Of a stretch of 64,000 bases of DNA, positions 35,512 through 44,298 are shown one piece after another. Each line of letters opens with the position of its first letter. The stretch's first letter is position 1. The stretch is from NCBI GenBank assembly GCA_004297445.1, contig SCUK01000052.1, forward strand, positions 9,159 to 73,158, written 5' to 3'. The DNA comes from Anaerolineae bacterium. Its GTDB lineage: Bacteria > Chloroflexota > Anaerolineae > Anaerolineales > UBA11579. Both the position numbers and the translations under genes were made by a program. A model generated the notes under the pieces. The model saw only the letters and a program-made list of their open reading frames with translations. It made no database searches and was not told where the DNA came from.

Positions 35512-37596
35512 ATGACCGACCAACTTACCGAATCCAGCGGCACGCTTGCTTCTCTGCGGCTGATTTACGAAATCAGCCGTGAACTGGCGACCGCCATTGA
35601 CCTGCGGACGGTGCTGACGCGGGTGCTGTTCCTGTCGTTGCGCAATGTGCAGGGCAGCAGCGGCGCGGTCATCGTGCTAGATGACAACGGGGAACCGGTC
35701 GATTCGGCCATCATCCACGCCGGAAGCGTACAGAATCCCAATACACAACGCTTACGCACCACCCTGGACGGCGGCCTGGCGGGTTGGGTGGTACGCACGC
35801 GCCAATCCGCGCTGGTGACGGACACCAGCAATGACGAACGCTGGATTAAACGCCAGTACGACGGCGAAGCCGATTCCGGCCCCAAATCCTCCGTGTCTGC
35901 GCCGTTGATGGTGCGCGACCGGCTGGTGGGGGTCATCACCCTCACCCACCCGCAAAAAGACTTCTTTACTACGGAGCATCAGGCGCTGATTCAGGCCATC
36001 GCTGACCAGGCAGCCATCGCGGTACTCAACGCGCGCCTGCTGGACGAAAGCAACCGCAAGGCGGCGGCGATGACGGCGCTGGCACAGAGCGCAGCCAGCA
36101 TCAACGCCACGCTGGACCCGGAAGAGGTGCTCCAACGCATCCTCGAGCAGACCAGCGAGGTATTCAAGGCCGAGGCCGTCTCGCTGTTGCTGGTAGACCC
36201 GGTCACAAACGACCTCGTGTTCCGCGCCGCCACCGGCACCAAGCGCAATGAAATCCTGGGCAAACGCCTGGCGATGGGCCAGGGCGTGGTGGGCTGGGTG
36301 GCCGAGAAAGGCGAGGGCGTGGTGCTGCAGGATGCGATCAAAGATGAGCGTTTCTTCGCCGAGATGGACAAGAACACCGGCTACAAGACCCGCGCCCTGG
36401 CGGCGGCGCCCATCCGCGCCAAAGGGCAAATCATTGGCGTGCTGGAAGCGCTGAACCCGGCCAAACCGTTCCAGAGCGACGCGCTAACAGTGCTGGAAGG
36501 CATTGGCAGCCTGGCGGGCACGGCGATTGACCACGCCCAACTGTTCAACCAGGTGGCGGCGGCACGCACCCGCTACCTTGAACTCTTTGAAGACAGCATC
36601 GACCCCATCTTCATCACCGACCAGGATGGGCGCATCGTCGAGTCCAACCGGCGGGCGGAACTGTTCACCGGCTTTAACGGCGCATCGCTGCACAAGATGA
36701 ACATCTACCAACTGCACAAGGTGGACCTGAAAGCCGTGGGCGAAGACTTTGCTGCCCTGCGCGGGGTGGAACCTTTGATGTACGAGTCCCGTCTGCAAGG
36801 CAGCGGCGAAAAAGAAATCGATATCGAAGTCCACATCCGCAACGTGACGATTGACGGCGCCGACCGCCTGCAATGGCTGATGCGGGACATCTCCGAACGC
36901 AAGGAACTGGATAAACTGCGCGACGACCTGATGTCGATGATCTACCACGACCTGCGCTCGCCGCTTTCCAACGTGATTTCCAGCCTGGACCTGATTGCGG
37001 CAATGCTGCCACAGGATGACGCCAACCTGAAGAGCCTGCTGGAAATCGCAGTGCGTTCCACGGAGCGCGTGCAACGGCTGGCGGCCTCGCTGCTGGATAC
37101 GGCGCGGCTGGAAGCCGGCCAGCGCATCGGCAACCAGGTGCCGTCCTCGCTCAACGCAATCCTGCTGGAAGCGGTGGATGCGGTGGCACATTCAGCGGAG
37201 TCCAAACAGATGCCGCTGGGAACCGCCTACCCCAAACCCGACCTGACGGTAAAAGTTGACGCCGACATGATTCGGCGGGTGGTCATCAACCTGCTGGAAA
37301 ACGCGGTCAAATACTCGCCGGAGGGTACCCAGCTCACGCTTGGCGCAGCCGAAGTGGACGGCATGGCGCAGGTATGGGTGGCGGACACCGGCAAGGGCAT
37401 CCCGGAAGAAGACCAGAGCCGCATTTTTGAGAAATACACTCGCGCCCGCATCGGCACCGGCACCGCCAAAGGGCTGGGGCTGGGGCTGGCGTTCTGCAAG
37501 CTGGCGGTGGAGGGGCACGGGGGCAAAATCTGGGTGAAGAGCGAGCTTGAAAAAGGCTCGACGTTTACCTTCACCCTGCCGCTGGCAGCCGAATAA
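35512..37596 (+). CDS. sensor histidine kinase (GAF-GAF-PAS-HisKA-HATPase_c)
   Basis: 694 aa; H-box MIYHDLRSPLSNV, N-box NLLENAVKYSP, G-boxes DTGKGIP and GLGLGLAFCK; no adjacent response regulator. Confidence 0.85.
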   Translation: MTDQLTESSGTLASLRLIYEISRELATAIDLRTVLTRVLFLSLRNVQGSSGAVIVLDDNGEPVDSAIIHAGSVQNPNTQRLRTTLDGGLAGWVVRTRQSALVTDTSNDERWIKRQYDGEADSGPKSSVSAPLMVRDRLVGVITLTHPQKDFFTTEHQALIQAIADQAAIAVLNARLLDESNRKAAAMTALAQSAASINATLDPEEVLQRILEQTSEVFKAEAVSLLLVDPVTNDLVFRAATGTKRNEILGKRLAMGQGVVGWVAEKGEGVVLQDAIKDERFFAEMDKNTGYKTRALAAAPIRAKGQIIGVLEALNPAKPFQSDALTVLEGIGSLAGTAIDHAQLFNQVAAARTRYLELFEDSIDPIFITDQDGRIVESNRRAELFTGFNGASLHKMNIYQLHKVDLKAVGEDFAALRGVEPLMYESRLQGSGEKEIDIEVHIRNVTIDGADRLQWLMRDISERKELDKLRDDLMSMIYHDLRSPLSNVISSLDLIAAMLPQDDANLKSLLEIAVRSTERVQRLAASLLDTARLEAGQRIGNQVPSSLNAILLEAVDAVAHSAESKQMPLGTAYPKPDLTVKVDADMIRRVVINLLENAVKYSPEGTQLTLGAAEVDGMAQVWVADTGKGIPEEDQSRIFEKYTRARIGTGTAKGLGLGLAFCKLAVEGHGGKIWVKSELEKGSTFTFTLPLAAE

Positions 37597-37626
37597 AGCG
37601 GCCGCCTGTATAATGATTCCGAAGCC

Positions 37627-38502
37627 ATGAAACAAATCGGCAAGGGCGTTTTCATTGAAGATTCCTACCCCGGCGTCACGCTCGGCGCGCTGGTCATGCC
37701 GCGCGGGGTGGTGATGATTGACGCGCCGCCGCGCCCGGACGATGGGCGCGCCTGGCTGGCCGACCTGCGCAAGAGCACCAAGAGCAAGCAGCGTCTGCTG
37801 GTCAACCTCGATTCGCACCCGGACCGCACGCTGGGCGCACGCGTGCTGGATTGCGCCGTGCTGGCGCACAACGAAACGCTGGACCTGTTCCGCCAGCGCA
37901 GCTCCATCTTCAAGGCGCAGGGCGCCGACAGCGGCGCGGACTGGGAAGGGCTGAGCGGGCTGAGCGGCCTGCGCTGGCTGGCCCCGGGCATCACCTTTGA
38001 CGAACAGGCGCGCCTGCACATGGAAGGCCAGCCGGTGCTGGTGACGGCCCGGCCCGGCCCGGAACCCGGCGCCTGCTGGGTGGAACTGCCGCAGTCGAAA
38101 ATCGTGTTCATCGGCGATGCCGTGATGGTAAAACAGCCGCCTTTCCTGGCGTTTGCGAACCTGGAAGAGTGGCTGGAAACGCTGGACACCTTGCTGGGCA
38201 GGAACTACAAGGGCTGGAAGGTGGTCGCCAGCCGCGGCGGCGTGATTAATGAGAAGCACATCCGCGCCTTCCGCAAGGCGCTGGCTGCCCTGCACCTGAA
38301 ACTGGAAAAGATCGGCCCGCGCAAGCGCGGCGCGCTGGACGCGGCGGAAAAATTGATACCCAAGTTACTGGTGAGCTTCGAGTCGCCGGCGCGCGCCAAG
38401 GCTCACCACACGCAACGCCTGCGCTACGGGCTGAAGCGCTATCTGCACCGCAATTACGGGACCGTCTCGACGGCGGCGCTGGGCGAGTCGGAAAGCAGCT
38501 AG
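37627..38502 (+). CDS. MBL-fold-like protein with degenerate metal-binding motif
   Basis: 291 aa; VVMIDAPP...LLVNLDSHPDRTLGA where HxHxDH is expected; FIGDAVM later; assignment tentative. Confidence 0.45.
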   Translation: MKQIGKGVFIEDSYPGVTLGALVMPRGVVMIDAPPRPDDGRAWLADLRKSTKSKQRLLVNLDSHPDRTLGARVLDCAVLAHNETLDLFRQRSSIFKAQGADSGADWEGLSGLSGLRWLAPGITFDEQARLHMEGQPVLVTARPGPEPGACWVELPQSKIVFIGDAVMVKQPPFLAFANLEEWLETLDTLLGRNYKGWKVVASRGGVINEKHIRAFRKALAALHLKLEKIGPRKRGALDAAEKLIPKLLVSFESPARAKAHHTQRLRYGLKRYLHRNYGTVSTAALGESESS

Positions 38503-38514
38503 AAACGAAAGCAG

Positions 38515-38545
38515 CTCACGCAAAGGCGCAAAGCTGCTAAGAATA
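38515..38545 (+). repeat. CTCACGCAAAG-type purine-rich intergenic motif, copy 1
   Basis: ctcacgcaaaggcgcaaagctgctaagaata, 12 nt after the stop at 38500-38502. Confidence 0.7.
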
Positions 38546-38669
38546 CAACTGCAAGGAAGAGCGGCTCTGCCACAAAGGTACAGAGAAAAGCTAAACCCGC
38601 TCATGCAAAGTGGCAGTGAAGATAGACACGCCAAGAAGAATCTTCCAAGAACGAGAACCAGATAACCCA

Positions 38670-39719
38670 ATGACGCTTACGCCCTACACGCCGCTCTACG
38701 AACTTACCCGCGGGCGAGTGGTGGAGTCGGTGCATTTTGGCGCGCTGGCGGTGGTGGACGCAACCGGCAAACTGCTGGCATGGGCCGGGGACCCGCACGG
38801 CCAGGCCTACCTGCGCTCCACCGCCAAACCGTTCCAGGCGCTGCCGTTCATTGAAGCAGGCGGGCATACCCACTTCAACTTCACGCAGAAAGAAGTGGCG
38901 CTGATTTGCGCGTCGCACACCGGCACGGATGCGCACGCCGAAGTCGCGGCGGGCATCCAGGCGCGCATCGGGCTGGGCGAGGAGGCGCTGCAATGCGGCG
39001 TGCACCCGCCCTACGATGCGGCCACCGCCGAGCGACTGAAAGCCGCGGGACAGGAGCCGACCCCCAACCGCCACAACTGCTCCGGCAAACACACCGGCAT
39101 GCTGGCGCACGCAGTTTTGAAGGGGGCGGACGCGGCCACGTACCTCGAACATGACAACCCGGTGCAACAGGCCATCCTGACGGCGTTTGCCGAGATGTGC
39201 GGTCTGGAACCGCGCGAGGTGGAAATCGGGATTGATGGCTGCTCGGCGCCAAACTTCAGCGTGCCATTTCACAACGCGGCGTGGGCATTGGCGCGGCTGG
39301 CCGACCCGGCCGGGTTGAGCGAGCCGCGCACCGCGGCCTGCCGCACCATCACCGCGGCGATGCTGGCGTACCCGGAGATGGTGAGCGGCCCCGACACGTT
39401 TGACACCGACCTGATGCAGGCTACCGGCGGGCGCATCCTGACCAAGGGCGGCGCGGAAGGCTACCAGGGCGTATGCGTGATGCCCGGCGCGCTCGGCAAA
39501 GCGTCGAAGGCGCTGGGCATTGTGCTCAAAATCGCGGACGGTGACCGGCGCGGCTGGGCGCGGCCGGCGGTGACGCTGGCGCTGCTGGCAGAATTGGGCG
39601 CGCTGAGCGAAAGTGAAATGGCGGCGCTGGTGAAGTACGGGCCGCGCCGCGAAGTGACCAACTGGCGCGGCCTGCTGGCCGGCGAGGCGCGGCCGTGCTT
39701 TACCCTGGAGCGCGCGTGA
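38670..39719 (+). CDS. asparaginase II-type (PF06089-like) amidohydrolase
   Basis: ATG 38670 (MTLTPYTPLYELTRGRVVESVHFGALAVVD...); RSTAKPFQALP and CASHTGTDAH, NCSGKHTGML motifs. Confidence 0.7.
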   Translation: MTLTPYTPLYELTRGRVVESVHFGALAVVDATGKLLAWAGDPHGQAYLRSTAKPFQALPFIEAGGHTHFNFTQKEVALICASHTGTDAHAEVAAGIQARIGLGEEALQCGVHPPYDAATAERLKAAGQEPTPNRHNCSGKHTGMLAHAVLKGADAATYLEHDNPVQQAILTAFAEMCGLEPREVEIGIDGCSAPNFSVPFHNAAWALARLADPAGLSEPRTAACRTITAAMLAYPEMVSGPDTFDTDLMQATGGRILTKGGAEGYQGVCVMPGALGKASKALGIVLKIADGDRRGWARPAVTLALLAELGALSESEMAALVKYGPRREVTNWRGLLAGEARPCFTLERA

Positions 39720-40393
39720 GCCAGGCGGCATTAAAGAAGAAAGCGCTGGCGGTTCACGAACGGCTGATGGCCCACTACGGCAAGCCGACCTGGCGCACGC
39801 CCCTGCCGGCGCTGGATGAACTGGTGTCCACCATCCTCTCGCAGGCGACCAGTGACCTGAACCGCGACAAGGGCTTCGACGCGCTGAAAGCGAACTTCAA
39901 GGATTGGGAGGCGGTGCGCGATGCGCCCGCTAAAGACGTGGTCACGGCCATCACCCCTGCCGGGCTGGCGAACCAGAAAGGCCCGCGCATCCAGCAGGTG
40001 TTGCGCGAAATCACCGAAAAGACCGGCGCGCTGAGCCTAGAATTTCTGCGCGGCTACACGCCCCAACAGGCAATTGAATGGCTGGTGCAGTTCAAAGGCG
40101 TGGGACGCAAGACCGCCAGCATCGTGCTGCAATTTTCACTGGATCTGCCGGCCTTCCCGGTGGACACGCATGTGCACCGCGTGAGCGGGCGGCTGGGGCT
40201 GCGGCCGGAGAAAATGAGCGCCGACGCCGCCCACGAACACCTGGAAGCCTTGTTCCCCCCGGAAACGTATTATGATGGGCACCTGAACATCATCCGGCTG
40301 GGACGCGAAGTATGCCAGGCGCGCACCCCGCGCTGTGCGGACTGCCCGCTGCAAGACCTGTGCGATTACCGCAAAACCCACCCTGACGCGTGA
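39716..40393 (+). CDS. nth: endonuclease III / HhH-GPD base-excision DNA glycosylase
   Basis: GTG 39716 overlapping the upstream TGA (GTGA); HhH FKGVGRKTASIVL, catalytic Asp VDTHVHRV, 4Fe-4S CQARTPRCADCPLQDLC. Confidence 0.8.
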   Translation: MSQAALKKKALAVHERLMAHYGKPTWRTPLPALDELVSTILSQATSDLNRDKGFDALKANFKDWEAVRDAPAKDVVTAITPAGLANQKGPRIQQVLREITEKTGALSLEFLRGYTPQQAIEWLVQFKGVGRKTASIVLQFSLDLPAFPVDTHVHRVSGRLGLRPEKMSADAAHEHLEALFPPETYYDGHLNIIRLGREVCQARTPRCADCPLQDLCDYRKTHPDA

Positions 40394-41196
40394 GGGATGC
40401 CATGAGCCATCCGAACATTGATAAATTGAGAAGCGCACTGGACGCATTGGGCGCGGATGCCGAGACCCGCGCGGCGCTGGACGCGCTGGAGGCCGAACTG
40501 GCTAACGCCACCGATGAAAAGGCCAAGTTCGTATCGGTCATCACGCACGAACTGCGCCTGCCGATGACGAGCATCCAGGGCTACACCGACCTGCTGCGCC
40601 AGGGGGCGATGGGCGAAATCAACGACAACCAGCGCAACTTCCTCAACGTCATCCGCGCCAACGTACACCGGATGAATGCGCTGGTGACCAGCCTGTCAGA
40701 CATGACCAAGGCGGAGGTCGGGCGATTGAAACTGGACCCTGCGACAGTGGCCTTGCGCCCGCTGGTGGACAAAGCGGCGGGCGCCAAAAAGGAAGCGCTT
40801 GCGGAATTCGAGCAGACGGTGGACAACCAGGTGGCGGAGGGCCTGCCGAATGTGCTGGCCGACCCGCAGCGCGTCCAGCAGGTGCTGGAACACCTGATAG
40901 ACAACGCGGCGCGCTACGCCGACCCGGGCGGGACAATTACGGTGGGTGCGGAAGATAAGAACGGAAGCATTCGAATCACGGTACATGACAACGGCTACGG
41001 CATCCCCGAAGAAGACCTGCCCAAAGTATTTGAGCCGTTCTACCGCTCGGATGACCAGCGGGTGCGGGACAAGCACGGCTGGGGATTGGGACTGAGCGTG
41101 TGCCGCCAGCTGGTGGCGTTGATGAGCGGAAACGTGGGGCTGGAAAGCCGCCCCGGCGAGGGCACCACCGTGTGGGTGGAGTTGCCGAAGGCGTAA
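40390..41196 (+). CDS. histidine kinase without recognizable sensor domain (coiled-coil, HisKA, HATPase_c)
   Basis: GTG 40390 (or ATG 40402); H-box ITHELRLPMTSIQGY, N-box LIDNAARYA, DNGYGIP, GWGLGLSVCR. Confidence 0.8.
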   Translation: MRDAMSHPNIDKLRSALDALGADAETRAALDALEAELANATDEKAKFVSVITHELRLPMTSIQGYTDLLRQGAMGEINDNQRNFLNVIRANVHRMNALVTSLSDMTKAEVGRLKLDPATVALRPLVDKAAGAKKEALAEFEQTVDNQVAEGLPNVLADPQRVQQVLEHLIDNAARYADPGGTITVGAEDKNGSIRITVHDNGYGIPEEDLPKVFEPFYRSDDQRVRDKHGWGLGLSVCRQLVALMSGNVGLESRPGEGTTVWVELPKA

Positions 41197-41211
41197 CCGG
41201 AGCGACGCAAC

Positions 41212-41263
41212 AAAGAAACCCGATTTCGAGGCATGTGCCTTTAAGAAATCGGGTTTCTTTTTT
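41212..41263. terminator. bidirectional intrinsic terminator
   Basis: 16-bp stem AAAGAAACCCGATTTC...GAAATCGGGTTTCTTT plus TTT; lies between convergent genes. Confidence 0.8.
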
Positions 41264-41289
41264 AGGGAAAGCCAGGACGCCGAGATCGC

Positions 41290-41694
41290 TTACTGCACCT
41301 GGAAGGTGAGGGTGGTGTTCAGTTCGCCATTCAGATAGATATCCGCTTTGTAGTCACCGGAAGGCCAGAGGAAACCAGCCTCGTTGGTGAGGTTGAAGGT
41401 GAGGATCGCGTCTGTGCTGGTCGTTGTGACTTCGTCAATCACAGTATTGGGCGCCTCGCCCTCTGCACTCACGGCGGTCCACACCACGCGCACCTCGGTC
41501 GTGTCCGGGGCGTTAGCAAGTTCCACGATGGCGTAAAACGTCTGGTCGTCGGAATACACGGTGGTGCGCTGGGCGCCATCGCCATCGGCGGCCATGTAGG
41601 CTTCGGCAATGTTGGCGGTGCTGAAACTGCACGCCAGGGCGGTCAGGACTAGAACGGCAAGGGCAAAAATCAGTTTGCGTTGATTCGGGGACAT
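41290..41694 (-). CDS. small hypothetical lipoprotein
   Basis: 134 aa; signal plus lipobox LIFALAVLVLTALAC; beta-rich remainder. Confidence 0.6.
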   Translation of the reverse strand: MSPNQRKLIFALAVLVLTALACSFSTANIAEAYMAADGDGAQRTTVYSDDQTFYAIVELANAPDTTEVRVVWTAVSAEGEAPNTVIDEVTTTSTDAILTFNLTNEAGFLWPSGDYKADIYLNGELNTTLTFQVQ

Positions 41695-41736
41695 CGAACG
41701 GCTCCTTATGAAGTAAGTAGTGGCGGTGCGGCTATT

Positions 41737-42546
41737 TTAGCCCGGAGGTGCATTCCATGCGAGTTCGTGTTCGATGAAGGGCACGAGGGTTTCCACCTCA
41801 CCGGCGATATCTTCGCGCAGGCGGGCGGCGAACACCGGCGCGAACCAGGGGCGCAGGTCAGCGCGCGGGTGGGGACTGTGCCTGAAGTATTCGCTCAGAT
41901 AGACTCGGGTGAACAGGCGGCGCACCAGTTGGATGAGGGCATAGCCGGGCGTGGCCGGATCTACGTAGGAATATTGCAGCAATAACACTGAACGCGCTAC
42001 ATCTGCCAGCGGGTGGCCACAGGCGGCATCCACCCAGTCCAGCACCATCGGGCCGTCTGGCGTGTCGTAGACATTCTCCAGATGGAAGTCACCATGCAGC
42101 AGACGGTCGCCGCGCGGCAGCGAGTCGAGGCGAGCCAGCAGGGCGATGCGCTGCTCCTCGGTAGCGCCGTCCAACCCGGCGATGCGGCGTTTGAGTTTGG
42201 CGTGGGCATCCGGCAGACCTTCGGGCGTGCGGGTGTGCATTTCGGCGTGCAGGCGGGCCAGGCGGCGGGCCAGCGCGGGAAAGCGCCAGGGCGATTTCTG
42301 AAAGTCAGCCAGCAATGGCCGGCCCTGGATGCGCTGGTAGAGGATGCCGGGGCGTTTCTCTACTTTTACCCGTTCAAATACCTGCGGGCAGGGGTAGCCG
42401 GTGGCCTGCACGGCACTGGCGACTTCAAATTCGTAGTCGGCGGCCCCAGAATCCCAGCCGGGGCGAAAGAGTTTGAGGATACGGTCGTCGCCCCAGGCGA
42501 AGACTTCAGCGGTGCGGCCGTCGGCGAGGTGGGGGCCCTTTTGCAT
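41737..42546 (-). CDS. APH-fold phosphotransferase (kinase) family protein
   Basis: ATG 42546 (track start 42564 is TTG); catalytic loop LLHGDFHLENV, VLDWVDA; TATAAT lies 6 nt upstream of the ATG, no SD. Confidence 0.7.
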   Translation of the reverse strand: MQKGPHLADGRTAEVFAWGDDRILKLFRPGWDSGAADYEFEVASAVQATGYPCPQVFERVKVEKRPGILYQRIQGRPLLADFQKSPWRFPALARRLARLHAEMHTRTPEGLPDAHAKLKRRIAGLDGATEEQRIALLARLDSLPRGDRLLHGDFHLENVYDTPDGPMVLDWVDAACGHPLADVARSVLLLQYSYVDPATPGYALIQLVRRLFTRVYLSEYFRHSPHPRADLRPWFAPVFAARLREDIAGEVETLVPFIEHELAWNAPPG

Positions 42547-42610
42547 GTCGAGATTATACGGCAAGCGGCAGGGACCAGCTGCCTACCCCAAAACCTCAGG
42601 ATCTGGCAGT

Positions 42611-43153
42611 CTACCCGCCATTCAGCATCATGAATTGAGACGCGTAGTCAGGGTTGGCAAAATCAAGCTTAATCCAGCCCTTGCCGAACAGGGGAGGCAG
42701 CTTGAAGCCCACCATCGTCACGGAAGTCAATAAACGCGTAACGCGCTCGCGCACTTCGGGCGGCTTGTTGGCGACCGAGTATATTCTCACCAGCCAGATG
42801 CCGACAAAGAGTCCAACAATGGCACAAAGGGCGGGCAGCCATTCAAACCGGAAACTAGACAAGAGGTCCAGGAAGCTGCCAAAACCATATCCTACAGCTG
42901 CCATCAGGAGTCCCCCCAGGCAGCCCATCCGCCCGGCCGAAACGTAGGCCTTGTTGGCCTGGTTGCACTCTTCGCAGATGGGGAACTTGAGCCAAACGTG
43001 CTGTTTGTTATTCCAACTGGACTTGCCCACCTGGTACACATGCGGTGTGACCGGATTGCCACAGGCCACACACCCAGGCGGCATGTTGTAACTTCCGAAG
43101 TACCCCACCTGGATGCGGGTCCTGGGTGTGCGCGCGGCTTTCTGATTGACCAT
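42611..43153 (-). CDS. hypothetical zinc-ribbon membrane protein
   Basis: ATG 43153 after GGGAGGG; CVACGN...CEECNQ pair of CxxC, then two hydrophobic segments. Confidence 0.5.
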   Translation of the reverse strand: MVNQKAARTPRTRIQVGYFGSYNMPPGCVACGNPVTPHVYQVGKSSWNNKQHVWLKFPICEECNQANKAYVSAGRMGCLGGLLMAAVGYGFGSFLDLLSSFRFEWLPALCAIVGLFVGIWLVRIYSVANKPPEVRERVTRLLTSVTMVGFKLPPLFGKGWIKLDFANPDYASQFMMLNGG

Positions 43154-43351
43154 GTTGCCCTCCCGAGAGAGAAAAGGGGATTCTGCCTGCCATTGCGAAA
43201 GTCTTTTTGAAAATCTTCTAAATCGGGCAGACATCCTCCAAAATGTGATATTTTTCACATTTTATTTATTGTACGCTTTTCCAATCGCTGAATCAACTCC
43301 CCTCCCCTTTTTTGACTTGCCTGCCGCTTCGCGCTATACTCTCACTACAGT

Positions 43352-43475
43352 TACGCACGGGGAGCTCGGTATTGCCGGGCTGAGAGGCAGACCGGCGTTG
43401 GGTGACGCCAACGCAAAGTCTGCGACCCGCGAACCTGAACCGGATAATGCCGGCGGAGGAATCGCTACCCCTGTA
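43352..43475 (+). promoter_or_regulatory. TPP (THI-box) riboswitch aptamer
   Basis: ggggagc...CTGAGAGg (43380-43386)...ACCCgcGAACCTGAaCcGGATAATGCCgGCGgAGGaA...cccctg; matches the conserved THI-element boxes; upstream of thiamine genes. Confidence 0.85.
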
Positions 43476-43481
43476 CCCCAC

Positions 43482-43516
43482 AGCCTCCGCCGACCCCCAG
43501 CGGAGGCTTTTGTTTT
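43482..43516 (+). terminator. riboswitch expression-platform terminator that also contains the thiN SD
   Basis: AGCCTCCGC-cgaccccca-GCGGAGGCT followed by TTTGTTTTG; the GGAGG of the 3' arm lies 8 nt before TTG 43515. Confidence 0.7.
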
Positions 43517-44153
43517 GCGAGCGGTTATCTTTGCTAATGGCGAACTGAACAACCTGGAAACGGCGCGCGGCCTGCTGCGGCCGGACGACCTGCTGCTGGC
43601 CGCCGACGGCGGCGGGCGGCACTGCCTGGCGCTGGGCGTAAGCCCGGCGGTGGTCATCGGCGATATGGACTCGCTGACAGCGGAAGAACTACGCCAACTG
43701 GAAATTCGCGGGGCCGACGTGCGCCGCCACCCGCCGCGCAAGGACGAAACCGATCTGGAACTGGCGCTGCTGCTGGCGAAGGAACGCATGGCAGACGAGG
43801 TATTGGTGCTGGGCGGGTTGGGGAATCGATGGGACATGAGCCTCGCCAACCTGCTGCTGGCGGCCTACCCGCCGCTGGCCGGCCTGCACATCACTTTCTG
43901 GGAAGATGGGCAACGACTGTTCCTCATCCGGGATACAGCGCGGATAGAGGGACATACGGGCGAAACGGTGTCTCTGATTCCGGTGGGCGGGGATGCGCAC
44001 GGCGTGACGACCGAGGGGCTGGAATATCCGCTGCACGGCGAAACGCTGGCCTTTGGCGGCACGCGCGGCGTAAGCAACCGGATGACTGGAGAGCGGGCGC
44101 AGGTGACGTTGGAGGCGGGGTTGTTGTTGTGTGTGGTGGGGACTTCGCAATGA
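43515..44153 (+). CDS. thiN: thiamine pyrophosphokinase
   Basis: TTG 43515 in frame; 212 aa; AVIFANGEL...LLLAADGGGRHCLALGVSPAVVIGDMDS...DETDLELAL...VLGGLGNRWDM; C-terminal thiamine-binding domain. Confidence 0.8.
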   Translation: MRAVIFANGELNNLETARGLLRPDDLLLAADGGGRHCLALGVSPAVVIGDMDSLTAEELRQLEIRGADVRRHPPRKDETDLELALLLAKERMADEVLVLGGLGNRWDMSLANLLLAAYPPLAGLHITFWEDGQRLFLIRDTARIEGHTGETVSLIPVGGDAHGVTTEGLEYPLHGETLAFGGTRGVSNRMTGERAQVTLEAGLLLCVVGTSQ

Positions 44154-44167
44154 AGAAGAAAAACCAT

Positions 44168-44186
44168 CTCACGCACAGCCGCAAAG
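44168..44186 (+). repeat. CTCACGCAAAG-type motif, copy 2 (diverged)
   Basis: ctcacgcacagccgcaaag, 14 nt after the thiN stop; followed by aaagacaaaagaata. Confidence 0.55.
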
Positions 44187-44216
44187 AAAGACAAAAGAAT
44201 AACCACAGATACAGTC

Positions 44217-44262
44217 GGTCGAGCGTTGCTCGACCTCAAGCAGAAGGCCTATGGCCTTCTGC
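44217..44262 (+). repeat. two adjacent GC hairpins in the thiN-thiB spacer
   Basis: GGTCGAGC-gtt-GCTCGACC (44217-44235, same core as the 32014-32040 terminator) and GCAGAAGGCC-tat-GGCCTTCTGC (44240-44262); no U tract. Confidence 0.6.
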
Positions 44263-44298
44263 ACTCGGATGAACACAAATAGAAAGATGAGGTCATGG

